Shown piece after piece: positions 24,842-36,817 of a DNA stretch of 64,000 bases. Within the stretch, counting starts at the first letter, position 1. Each line of letters starts with the position of its first letter. The notes beneath the pieces are model-generated. The model was not told the DNA's origin. It searched no databases and worked only from the letters and a program-made list of their open reading frames with translations. The stretch comes from Malacoraja senta (Eukaryota). Location of the stretch: assembly GCA_038087875.1 (NCBI GenBank), contig CM075988.1:17486001-17550000 (forward strand). Reading direction: 5' to 3'. A program made the position numbers and the translations under genes.

Positions 24842-26484
24842 TTACTCACCTCGACAGTATCTTCTTTTTCAAGGTCTGTAATACTCTCTATTTACCTCTT
24901 TGCTTGTTCCCGTGTGTTCCCCTCTTTCTTAGCCAAAAGAAAAGGCAAATGTTCACTCCTTGAAGTTGGAGAATTGTGGGTTCAAGCTCCACTCAGGAGA
25001 CCCTCTGGCCTTTAACACATGGGTGACGGGTCAGTGCTGTGTTGAATGATTGCTGCTCTGTTAAGGCAGCCTGGATTCAAATGAAACATTGGTAGAGAAG
25101 GCGGAGGTATGTTCCCTCATGACATTTAAGAAGCATCAAGACAAGTACTTGAATCACCACAGCATAGAAGGCTAGAGCAAATACAGGTAAATGGGGCTAG
25201 TACAATGATCAGCATGGAAATGGTGGGCCGAAAGGCCTGTTTGTGCTGTTGTATTCCATGACTATTAACTTAGGGCATGATCTTCAAGTGATTATTTCCA
25301 ATATTCAAAAAGACCCATCCATACAAACAACAGATAAGACCCACAATTAGACCCGTCTTACATGGCTCACAGTTGAATCCAGGTATCACCTTTCATTCAC
25401 ATCTAATGTACTTGCCTGCACCTCCTCACCCTATTTATACCATGCAACACGACTGTCCTTCCAATTGACTTTGCACGGTGACATTGGTAGAACTACGGGA
25501 GCTTTGTGACTACAACACAACATCACAGTCATGAAAGGAGAACAGAGAGGATATTAAAGAACTCCATTAAAAGAATTAAACCGGATAGTAAAAATTCTCA
25601 CTTACACAAAACACACATTCAGTTTACATATTGCTTTGGGTTGGGAGAATCAAGTTGTTTCTCAGGATCTTGAGGGATTTTAGCCAAGACATTCAATGTT
25701 TCCATCTAGAAAAATTGCTAACTGATCAAATAAAAATACAACCTGCCAGTGCAGCCATAGCTCCTCCAACTAGGTAACTAAATGCAACATAAAATTGGCA
25801 TTCAAAAGACATTAGGATATGCATAAAGATCTGCAGGGAATGAAGAGATACGAGTTATCTGCGGGTAGATAAATGATGGTCTTGGCATCTTGTTTGGCAC
25901 AGATATTGCGGGTTGAAGGGCCTGTTCTTGTGCTGTAATGTTCTATTTTCTATGATCTAACAGAGCACACGAATACACATGAAGTGCTGGAGCAACTCAG
26001 GGGACAGGCAGCACGTCTGGAGAAAAAGGATGGGCGACGATTCGGGTCGGGATCCTTCTTCAGTTCCTCCAGCACTTTATGTCTATCTTCGGCATAAACC
26101 AGCATCTGCAGATCCTTTCTAAACACTAATACACATGTCTCCCTGCAGTCGGTCTCAATACAACAATATGGGGAACAACCATGCTTGCCTTGCTATTCCA
26201 GGATGCTGAGTACACTTACCGCACCTCTACCACTGTCACGGAGGTAACATTATCTCAGGAGCACAGCTGTGGCCTTATTAGATTCGAATGTCAGTTGTAC
26301 AGTGGGCACTGCGAGCTGTATTTAATATATTTGCACAGAGCTTACTTTCATATTTCCATTTGTTGTACAGGGGCATTTCTTCAATGGATTGGCAATATAT
26401 CAATGGAATGATGTCAGCCCAAAGCATTAGCAATTGTACAATAACTAGGAGCATGCACTATTGCACATCAGGAGTCAAAATATT

Positions 26485-26674
26485 CAAGAAGGAACTGTAG
26501 ATGCTGGAAAATCGAAGGTACACAAAAATGCTGGAGAAACTCAGCGGGTGCAGCAGCATCTATGGAGCGAAGGAAATAGTCTGAAGAAGGGTTTCGGCCC
26601 GAAACGTTGCCTATTTCCTTCGCTCCATAGATGCTGCTGCACCCGCTGAGTTTCTCCAGCATTTTTGTCTACCT
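26485..26674. mobile_element. Foldback pair of Penelope terminal repeats
   Basis: About 57-bp perfect inverted arms around a hammerhead-like core (26581-26608). AGGAGTCAAAATAT is duplicated at 26470-26483 and 26675-26688. Confidence 0.85.
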
Positions 26675-27586
26675 AGGAGTCAAAATATATTTGGTTAGAA
26701 ATTACGGCAGTGGTGTGTGACTGCTTTAACACTGAGAGAGTTTACAGTCAGTCTGCACAGAGAGCTACTGTCAATGACAGATAGAGGACGGGCTCTCTCC
26801 GTATGCCCTTGTTTCATGTTTCATCAAGTGGGCCGTGGCCGTGTTCAGTGGGGAGGTGACAGATTATTGACCATTATTTTCAAAAGAGGGGCACAGTGCC
26901 GGGAATGCAATGTGGGAGAGAAACTGCGCTTTGTATTCGAGGAGCCACCTGGGGTAGGAGAAAGAAAGAGTGACTTAAGTGAACTGCAGCAGAGAGAGAA
27001 AGAGAGAGTGTACATGAGTGAGGAGAGGGAAAATTACAAATTAAAACAGAACCAGAGAGACATGTTGATATGGATTAAAACATGCCATTTATGCAACAGA
27101 GTCAGTAAGTGTGAATCTGCCTTGGGTGGAGATTGTTATTGTGGCGTCAACACTGACAGGGGAAGAGTTACTTGACATTTTAGGATACCACAAAATTATC
27201 TTCAGCTCATGGCATACAATGAACTGCATTAGACGCTGGCTATTACATATGAATAAACTGTTGCCAGTTTCTGCACATCGCATTAATTTTTTTTATAAAT
27301 AATGAATTAATCTATTTTAGTCAAGAGACGTTGAGGAGGAATATTCCCCGAGATACTGAACAAACTTCCTGTTCTTCTTTTCAGCAAAGTGTGACTGGAT
27401 TTCTATCAAGGGACTGAATAGGCAGCATTGAGCCTGACTTGAAGATCAGTGCCCCCAACAATGAAGCACTCTCTCAGTGTCACTCTGGAGATGATGAATT
27501 AAGGCCGTTGGTATTGACACTCAATCCACAACCTCTCCCTCTGGGGTGAAGATTCCAGAAGCACAGTGACCAGAGCATTTCGCACA

Positions 27587-28087
27587 GAAACATGGAAAAT
27601 AAGTGCAGGAGTAGGCCATTTGGCCCATCGAGCCAGCACCACCATTCAATATGATCATGGCTAATCATCCAGAATCAGTACCCGGTTCCTGCTTTCTCCC
27701 CATATCCCTTGATTCCGTTAGCCCTGAGAGCTGTATCTAACTCTCTCTTGATTACATCCAGTGAATTGGCCTCCACTGCCTTCTGTGGCAGAGAATTCCA
27801 CAAATTCACAACTCTCTGGGTGAAAACAATTTTCCTCATCTCAGTCCTAAATGGCCTAGCCCTATTCTTAAACTGTGACCCCTGGTTCTGGACTCCCCCA
27901 CATGAGGAACATTTTTCCTGCATCCAGCCTGTCCAATCCCTTAAGAACTGTATATGTTTCTATAAGATCCCCTCTCATCCTACTAAATTCCAGTGAATAT
28001 AAGCCCATTCAATCCATTCTTTACTCATATGTCAGTCCCGCCATCCCGGGAATTAACCTGGTGAACCTAAGCTGCACTCCCTCAAAT
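27587..28087 (-). mobile_element. CR1-type LINE 3' fragment
   Basis: RPFRTEMRKIVFTQRVVNLWNSLPQKAVEA C-terminus plus CR1 tail. Confidence 0.9.
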
Positions 28088-28149
28088 ATGGATCACAAAA
28101 TCTTGAGCATAGCTAAAATGTATAACTATCTAATGCCTATGTGCACATT

Positions 28150-28352
28150 TAGTTTAGCTTTGTTTTACAGATACAGCGAGGAAACAGGTCCTTCAGCCTA
28201 CTGAGTCCGCACTGACCAAGCATCACCCCTATACACTATCCTACATTCTAGGGGCAATTTACAGAGGCCAATTAACCTACAAACCTGCATTCCAAACCTC
28301 TCGAATGTGGGAGGAACCCGGAGCACCCGGAGAAAACCCACTTGGTCACAGT
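28150..28352 (-). mobile_element. V-SINE 3' part, split by the CR1 at 28354-29515 (5' part at about 29520-29606)
   Basis: V-domain is interrupted at GGTCACA and resumes as CGTGCAAACTCCAAACAGACAGCACCC after 29520. Confidence 0.7.
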
Positions 28353-28353
28353 G

Positions 28354-29515
28354 AGACAATAGACAATAGGTGCAGGAGTAGGACAATTCGGCCCTTTGAG
28401 CCAGCACTGCTATTCACAGTGATCATGGCTGATCATCCACAATCAGTACCCCGTTCCTGCCTTCTCCCTATTGGCCCTGTCCCACAGGCAGGCGGTTACT
28501 GGCGGTGAAGCGCGGCGCCCCCGGAAGCGGGGACCGCGCGGCTACCGCGAGAGCGCCGTGCGTATGCCGCGGGAGCGCCGCACGGATGCCGAGTGATCTC
28601 CGTACGGCCGGTCCCACGAGCTTGCAGTAAGTAAAAAAAAATTAAACCTTACCGGAAGCTGTTGCCGCACGTATGCCGGGTGGTCACCGCACGGCCTGTC
28701 CCACGGGCCGACTGGAATGGATGTCGCGCGGCGTCGGGTGAAGACGTCATCGCGCAATGCAACGCGCTACGCGATGACATCAATTTGGCTCGCGGCGCTG
28801 TGGCGGTGCTCGTGCCGCTCGCGGCGCACTGGCGGCGCTGTGGCGGTGCTCGTGCCGCACTGGCGGCGGCTGTGCGGTAGGACAACATTTTTGAACGTTG
28901 TCGACTTTTTGTGAGCACCGTGCGGTGTTGGTACCAACACCGCACGGTCCCGGTGGTGTGCGTGGGACCGACCCCGCGGGCCATGCACGGTCTCTGGCGG
29001 TCCACGAGCGGTCCCGACTTGCTGCTTCACCGCCAGTAACCGCCAGTAACCGCATACCCGTGAGACAGACCTTTAAATCCCCTGGCTCCGCTATCTTTAA
29101 GAGCTCTTTTCTAACTCTCTCTTGAAAGCATCCAGGGAATTGGCCTCCACTGCCTTCTGGGGCAGAGAATTCCACAGATTCACAACCCTCTGTGTGAAAA
29201 AGTTTTTCCTCATCACCGTTCTAAATGGCTTACCCCTTATTCTTAAACTGTGGCCCCTGGTTCTGGACTCCCCCAACATCGGGAACATGTTTTCTGCCTC
29301 TAGCGTTTCCAAACCCTTAATAATCTTATATGTTTCAATAAGATAACCTCTCATCCTTCTAAATTCCATAGTAAACAAGCCCAGCCGCTCCATTCTATCA
29401 ACAAATGAGAGTCCCGCAATCCCGGGAATTAACCTCGTGAACCTACGCTGCACTCCCTCAATAGCGAGAATGTCCTTCCTCAAATTTGGAGACCAAAACT
29501 GCACAGAATACTCCA
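28354..29515 (-). mobile_element. CR1-type LINE fragment interrupted by a Harbinger MITE
   Basis: ORF 29097-29546 EYSVQFWSPNLRKDILAIEGVQRRFTRLIPG...NLWNSLP; tail at 28354-28470. Confidence 0.9.
28472..29073. mobile_element. GC/CpG-rich PIF/Harbinger-type MITE
   Basis: Imperfect TIRs TGGCCCTGTCCCAC / GTGAGACAGACCTT, with subterminal GCGGTTACTGGCGGTGAAGC inverted at both ends. Flanks are TAT and TAA. Splits a CR1 copy. Confidence 0.85.
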
Positions 29516-30949
29516 CGTTCACGTGCAAACTCCAAACAGACAGCACCCATAGGATTAAACCCAGGTCTCTGGTGTTCTAAGGCAGCAATTCGGTCCCTGT
29601 GCCACCATTTATAATTTCAATCAATTATTTTTATTTATACTTTTCAATACATTCAATTAATTATATAAAAGTGAGGATAGAATATAATTTAAAATGACAT
29701 CCACCATTAGTCCAATAATCCTTCAGGGAATACCATTTAAAAGTATTTGGCGAGTACCTTCAATAATATTGTCAGCATGATATTGAATGCCTTGCTGAAG
29801 CCCAAATAGAAAACATTGACGTCTTTCCGTCATCAACCTTTTTGGTTACTTCTTCAAATGACACAAATTCATAAGACACGATCTCCCACATATTAAACCA
29901 TGTTGACTATCCCTAACCAGCCCCTGTCTATCCAAATACAGATAATATCTTTCCCTTCAGAATCCTCTCTCCAGTAACCTGCCTACCACAGATGTTAGGC
30001 TCTCTGGTCTATAGTTCCCAGGCTTTTCTGTAAACTCTCCAGGGATTTGGCCCATCCTAATTCTGTATCCTGGTGTTCCAGCCTTCGGTTTTGCTCCTGT
30101 TGAGTTCCATTGTTTTTCCCTTGCGATCATTCATCTCAGGCTAAGTGTGCAACTGAGGCAAGGAGGGATTTTGATATATGGAGTATTGTAAATTTTTGGC
30201 ATTCTTTACCTCAGAGGGCTGTGAAGGCTCAGGCATTGAGCATTGTTATGCAGGACAGAGAGATTTTAGAGATGTTCAAAAATCTCTCTGTCCTCCATAA
30301 CAATTCTCAATGCCCGAGTCTTCACAGCTCTCTGAGGTAAAGAGAAGTTAGAGGGTATGAGAAGCAATTGGGCAACTGGATGAGGCTGAGATCAGACATG
30401 TTATGGAATGCTGGTGCAGGCTTGAAGGGTGGCATTTCTTATTTTTAATTTTGTTCCTATATTATACTGAGCATTAAATGATTTCTTATTGTCGCCCTTC
30501 TCTCCAAACCTAAACTGATAGATCTTGATAAAAAAAATGCCCAAGAATTCCTTGATGCTTGTATCAAGCATCTGTATTTGTGTTATTGCTATTGGTTTAT
30601 TATTGTCGTGTGTACAAAAAAACTCTTTTTTGTATGCTATACACAAAAATCTGCAAATACGAAACATTATTCACGTTATTCCCTTTACCATGTGTCTGTA
30701 CACTGTGAATGGCTCGATTATAATCATGTACTGTCTTTCTGCTGACTGGTTAGCACACAATAGCTTTTCACTGTACCTCGGTACACGTGACAATGAACCA
30801 AACTCAAACAATTCATAGCGTATGAAGTATAACATGCGTTAGCAAAATATGACAGAAGGTAAGAACCAGCGATGAAACAATTTGTAAATGTCTGAATTTC
30901 AAAACATTATAATATCCAGGGTTTTATGCACAAGTAATTCAACATAAAG

Positions 30950-31250
30950 TATGGCACGATGGTGCAACAGTTGGGTTGCTGCCTGACAGCGACAGAGACC
31001 CAGGGTCGATCCCAACCACGGGTGCCGTCTGTGTGGAATTTGTACGTTCTTCCCTTGATCGCATGGGTTTTCTCCAGGATCATTGGTTTACTCCCACACT
31101 CCAAAGACGTACAGGTTTGCAGGTTAATTGGCTTGGTATAAATATAAATTGTCCTTAGTGTGTACAAGATAGTGTTAATGTGCGGGGATTGCTGGTTGGT
31201 GTTGACTCAGTGGGCCAAAGGGCTGTGTTTCTATGCTGTGTCTCTAAACA
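30950..31250 (+). mobile_element. V-SINE
   Basis: tRNA-like head, V-domain and TCTCTAAAC tail. Confidence 0.8.
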
Positions 31251-31254
31251 ACAA

Positions 31255-32465
31255 AGGAGGCGGCAGAAGGTGGTGGACATTTCCCAGTCAATTATAGGAA
31301 CTGGCTTTCCCACCATCAAAGGGATTTACAGGAAGTGCTGCTTCAAGAGCCATCTAATATCATCAAAGACCACACCGCCCTGACCACACTCTCATCTCGT
31401 TGCTACCATCGAGATGGTGGTACAGAAGCCTGCGAACCATACCTCCAGTTTCAAGAGCAGTTTCTTCCCATCAGCAATGAATCAGCCTGTACAGCCCCAA
31501 CCGCAATCCTATCTTTGGCATCAATTCCAGCAACATCAACCGACTCCAACTGGTCCAGAATGCAGCCGCCCGACTCATTACCCACACCAAATCCTGGCAC
31601 CACATCACCCCAGTTCTCAAAGAACTCCACTGGCTCCTCATTTCCCACCGGATCATCTACAAAATCCTGGTCCTCACCTACAAAGCCCTCAACCACTTGG
31701 CCCCCCCCTTATCTCACTGACCTCCTCTCCCCCTACCAACCCTCACGGTCCCTCACATCCACATCAGCTGGTCTCCTCTCCACTCCGAAATCAAACCTCT
31801 GCACTTTTGGAGGCAGAGCCTTCTCCAGGGCAGCTCCCAGGCTCTGGAATTCCCTCCCACAACTGATCCAAAATTCTGAGTCCCTCACCATCTTCCAGTC
31901 CCGCCTCAAGACCCATCTCTTCACCTCTGCATACCCTTAGTCCCATGTTCCCCTCCCCTTTGCATCTCTGTCTTACTGCTCTATTTTATTTTGTTTATTC
32001 TTGACTCTCAATGTAAAGCGACTTTGAGTCCTGAAAAGCGCTATATAAATAAAATGTATTATTATTATTATTATTTTTACCTCTACACCAAACAATCTCC
32101 ATATCACCGTCTATATCTCTTGTTTCCCTTTCCCCTGAAGGGTCTTGCCCCAAAACGTCACCTATTCCTTTTCTCCAGAGATGCTGTCTGTCCCGTTGAA
32201 TTATTCCAGCATTTTGTGTCTATCTTCGGTTTAAACCAGCATCTGCAGTTCCTCCCCTGCACCAAACAACTATGGACTTTTCTCTATTCTGGTTGCTTTA
32301 AGTAATTTGGTTTTTGCACTATCAAGGTTTAGTTTGCTTAGAATTACAGATAATTTATCATATATTTATTTTTGTTGTTGTCGTTGCATCTAATGTGCAT
32401 GCAAAGCTGCCGCTGGTAAGAATATTGTTGTTCCGTTTCATATGCGAAATGAACACTCTGACTCT
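31255..32465 (+). mobile_element. Rex1-like LINE 3' fragment hosting L2 and Penelope inserts
   Basis: PTIKGIYRKCC and IIKD..H motifs before 31500; the 3' region resumes near 32258. Confidence 0.6.
31505..32075 (+). mobile_element. L2-type LINE 3' fragment
   Basis: RLQLVQNAAARLITHTK...HITPVLKELHWL and RAFSRAAPRLWNSLP; tail GAAAAGCGCTATATAAATAAA plus (TAT)n. Confidence 0.9.
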
Positions 32466-32840
32466 GGAGCAGTTTTTACACTGGAGAAGAATACAAATGT
32501 GTGTGGGTCGTTTGGTTTGCGTCGAGTCGAGATCAGGTTCACATTACGAGTTACAATTGCATGAAATTGCTGATCATTTCACTTGGCTTACTGTGAGTGC
32601 AGCAGACACAATGAGGTGCATTTACTGGCAGCCAGCCACAGATTACTCCATAGTGAATTACCTGAAGGCCTCTCAGGCATTCAGAGTATTTGAGTATGCA
32701 CTGAACCAGAATAGACCTGTGTACATCCATATGTACTAATCAGCCAATACCGATTGCTACGTTTTAACCAGCAGGAACAATTTTCTCAACTATTTTCCCA
32801 ATTCTGTGGGAATCAAAGCTTTGTCAAACAAGTCACTAGG

Positions 32841-33182
32841 CAGGAGATCTATAAAGTCCTCTCGATAAAGTTTGAAGATTGGCCCAGTATCAATAACCAG
32901 GATAAGTCATAGAGTCATACACCGTGGAAACAGGCCCTTCGGCCCAACTTGCCCACGCTGACCAACATGTCCCATCTACACCAGTCCCACCTGCCTGCAT
33001 TTGGCCCATATCCCTCTAAACCTGTCCTATCCATGTACCTGTCTAAATGGTTAAGGAAGATAAGTTCTCCGGTCTTCTCTATGAAGATGAGCCCACTACT
33101 AATAACCAGCATAAGGAAGAGAAGATCTCCTGTACTCTCTATAAAATCTGAAGACTGGCCCAGTACTAATAATCTGCATAAT
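32841..33182 (+). repeat. Degenerate ~60-65 bp minisatellite, three units, split by a CR1 tail (about 32906-33052)
   Basis: Recurring ...CTCT..ATAAA..TGAAGA.TGGCCCAGTA.TAATAACCAG.ATAAG unit. Confidence 0.65.
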
Positions 33183-34059
33183 TAAACCTCAGTCTTGGTG
33201 TGAACAAAATCATTAAATATACAGTTGTTATATATATTATTATTATTATTTTTACACATCTTATGGTAATGCATAGCCACAGGAGAGAACACGGACACAG
33301 AAATAATGGGATAATTCCATAGTGATCTACAGAAACATCAGTGGCAACCACCTTGGAGTGGTGGTTACACGTTGAGAAATTAGTACCAGATGACAAAACA
33401 TTTGCGTGTTACTTTTCACACAATAGAAGAAGTTCATCTATCTGGAAATATCCTAAAGTTTCAGCATTGCAATGTATAAATGGTTGCTTCAAAGATTTTA
33501 TCTCCAACAATAATCCTGGATCTATTTCACATGTTGATTATCCCTTGATCATAGAATAATTTCCTGACAATACTTCTGGATAGAGCTAGTAAAGGATTCA
33601 ACTTTGATCCCCTTAAGTTTGCCACATAATAACATTACAGATTCGTTTTTCACCACGTTAATTATCATTCACGGCATGTAAGTTCCCATCTTTGAAACCC
33701 TTTTCACAGTGAAAAGTTTAAGAGAGTCTGGTCTTTCTTCAAACCTGAGAAATTCAGATCAGCCTTTCTTTTTCAATTTTTCACTGGCCCCATGTGGATA
33801 TGGACTTGTCAGAAGCAACGCGTGTTCAGACATAACTTTATCCAAGTTCGATTTTACTGTACCTGTCATCCCCTGATCACTACAACCTCCATCCTATCTA
33901 CACATTTTAATCTTTGTGCTCTTTTCTATTCTCCCTTCTTCCATATTCTTAGCGATTGCTTGCTTCATTATTTCCTTTAGTGGTTCAATGGCAAGTTTGG
34001 TCCAATAATGTTCTGGTAAACTGTTTACCATAATAAAGATGCCATATAATTGCAAGCTC

Positions 34060-34350
34060 AAAAGATCATAAATTCTAGGAGCAGAATTAGGCCATTCGGC
34101 CCATCAAGTCTACTCCACCATTCAATCATGGCTGATCTATCTTTCCCAGAATTTCACACATTCACCACCCTCTGACTAAAGAAATTCCTCCTCATCTCCT
34201 TTCTAAAGGTACGTCCTTTTATTCTAAGGATATGGCCGCTGATACTAGACTCTCCCATGAGTGGAAACATCCTCTCCACATCCATCATATCCAGGCCTTT
34301 CACTATTCAGGAAGTTTCAATGAGGTTGCCCCTCATCCTTCTATACCCCA
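34060..34350 (-). mobile_element. CR1-type LINE fragment (internally deleted)
   Basis: CR1 tail GAATTAGGCCATTCGGCCCATC and RT C-terminal remnants. Confidence 0.75.
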
Positions 34351-35775
34351 GGGAGCTATACTTAGGAGGTTTGCTATTCCATTAAATTGGATGTTGAGCA
34401 GTTCATTAAGGTACTTGGTCCACTTTTGGCTTCACTCATAGAGATTTCAAAAGCTTTCATGGAGATTGTTTCTTTACCATCAAGAAGCACAAAGGCACTT
34501 AGGGCATCGAGGCATCAATATCTCCAAGTTCTCCTGCCAGTCACACACTTCCCTGATCAAGAAGTATATTCATGGGTCTAAATGTTAGAACTCTACCCAA
34601 TACAATGTAGGAGTAACTTCATCAAAGGACTGCAGCAGCTGAGAAAGATGAGCACAATTAGGGATAGGCAATAAATGCTAGCCTTCTCATGGTCCAGATC
34701 TCAAAAGATAAATGTGAAAAAAAAAGTCTTCCTTCAGGCAGTATCTTACATTGGTCCATATTAAACTTCTTCCTCCTTCTCCAAGTTCCAACCTCCAAAC
34801 TAACATTTTAAACCCAATGCATTCCATGTTTTTTGGATCTCTTCTTCCAAGAAAGCAGTCTTTCCTAGTTTGATGTTTTCTGAAAATCGTACTGAGTTTC
34901 TCAAACCACGTCATGAATGAGAATTAAGAAAAATAAAAGCCTCATTAATTTTCTCTGAAGAGTCATGGAATATTTGCACATTTCAATTTTTTTAACAGTC
35001 TTTCCTTCTTTAAGAAAATGTATGTCCACTCCTAGAAGAAATCAAAATTTCCCAAAGCTTCAAAAATATAACTATTTTCTGCAAAATGTCCCACATTTGG
35101 CCAACACAAAAATAAAGTCAGAACGGATGTTCTCCTTCCAAATATCTGTCTCAAGATATTTTGCACTAATTAATCATCCATTATTAATGATAGATTAAAC
35201 AAAGGATTATGTTGGATCAGACAATAAAGCACCATATCTTTGTTCACTTTGGTTGATTCTAATTGAATCTTGTCACAGGCCAGATATTAAGAAGTAGCCC
35301 TTCAAATGAAGGGCATAGGGGTAATGGAACTCACTCTTCCACAAGGCCAAAAACAATTTTGACTGAATTTCACTGAGCCAGGACACAAAGCTGTGGGATT
35401 AAGACACGCAAATGAAAATATGGTGGAAATGAAAAGGCAGATATTGTTAAGGGTGCATAGACACAAGGAACTGCAAATGCTGGCTTACAACAACAAAAAA
35501 AGACCCAAAGTACTGGAGTAACTAAGCAGGTCAGGCAGTATCTCTGAAAAATATGGATGGGCGATGCTTTGCGTTGGGACCCTTCTGCAGTCCTGACCCA
35601 AAACATTGCCTATGCATGTTCTCCAGAGATGCTGCCTGACCTGCTACATTACTCCAGTACTTTGTGTGTTTTAGTGTTGGGTATGAATAGCTTACTTTTA
35701 TCTTTATGTATCCTGGGAATATATCAAAATCACCATCATTAAAGAAACAAAGCAGCAAAACGAAATGTCCCTAAC

Positions 35776-36004
35776 CTCTTTTCTTCCAACAAGGACCCTC
35801 CCTTATAGAGTAGGAGATATCGTTGAATTCTATGTCCACTGCAGGGCGCTTGGGGAGGTGGGAGAACCGCTGTGCCTCTGTGATATGGTTTTCCACCTTC
35901 TTCAGGTGTGTGGTGAGGAGAGGCGCGTCCTGGGATCCTCCATTGCATACAGTGTCTTCGAGAGCAATTGTCACACAGCTAGCATCAGGTGGCTTTTCAG
36001 CCAT
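35776..36004 (-). CDS. ABCG4: First coding exon of ABCG4 (ABC transporter G4); full exon 36013-35776
   Basis: Translation MAEK...PLLTTHLKKVENHITEAQRFSHLPKRPAVDIEFNDISYSIREGPCWKKRG closely matches the vertebrate ABCG4 N-terminus as I recall it (LTTHLKKVENHITEAQRFSHLPKR...VDIEF...SYSVREGPCWRKRG). Acceptor CCTTTCTCTCTCTCTTTCCCCCCACAG ends at 36014. Phase-1 donor AGAG|GTTAGG follows 35776 (229 coding nt = 76 codons + 1). Confidence 0.95.
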
Positions 36005-36817
36005 AACTCCACGCTGTGGGGGGAAAGAGAGAGAGAAAGGTAAAGTTAGGAAGATGGTTTGTCCTCTGCTCCAACATATTACGGGAACTGAACTGAGTCT
36101 GCCACTTGGTTTTCTCGTGATTTGTTTCTGAGGGTAATGGATATTGATCGATTACAAGCCGACACCCTCCCGCAGCTATCATTACTCTACCTCATCTAGC
36201 CCAGCATCCTATGAATCCATCGCATATTTCTAGCTACATCTTTATCACATCAGTTCCATGATTTTCCACACCAGCGATATCCAAAAGCCTCTTAAATGCC
36301 ACCATCGTATCTGCCTCCACCACTACCCCTGGCACTCATCACTCTTTGTGTAAAATAAAACTTGCCCAGCACATTGTCTTTAAATGTAGAAACAAAGAAC
36401 TGCAGATGCTGATTTATACCAAAGATCGACACAAAGTGCTGGAGCAACCCAGCAGGTCAAGAAGCATCTCTGGAGTAAAAGGATGGGTGACCACACCAGT
36501 GCTGTCTTCCTTACACACCAACAACGGCATTCCCATCACCATCGTTGATGGGGTGGTCCCAACAGTATCTGATCCATTTCTCACATTTCCACTCTCAAAG
36601 GTAGGACTCCCCTTGTCCTCACTATATACTGTTAGCAGATTATTTTTCTGGCACAAGGGAAAAGTGGCAGCATCAACACAGAGAGAGGCACACTTGAGGT
36701 CATATACATTCAATGTTACATCCCTTCGGAGAATAACTCAATGATTTGTGAAGTCCACGAGCCGTGCAAGATTTTCTTTTTTTTGTTGTTATTTGTGAAT
36801 GGGAATTCAGTGAAGTT

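Noticed and set aside
28542..29175. Overlapping GC-rich ORFs as a gene or CpG-island promoter
   Set aside because: All lie within a TIR-bounded MITE; high GC explains the lack of stops.
31335..31940. 201-aa ORF and similar ORFs at 45502-46102, 29097-29546 and 63454-63957 as host genes
   Set aside because: These are L2 or CR1 ORF2 fragments or their alternative frames.
32841..33182. CRISPR-like array
   Set aside because: Degenerate tandem units without unique spacers, no cas genes, vertebrate context.
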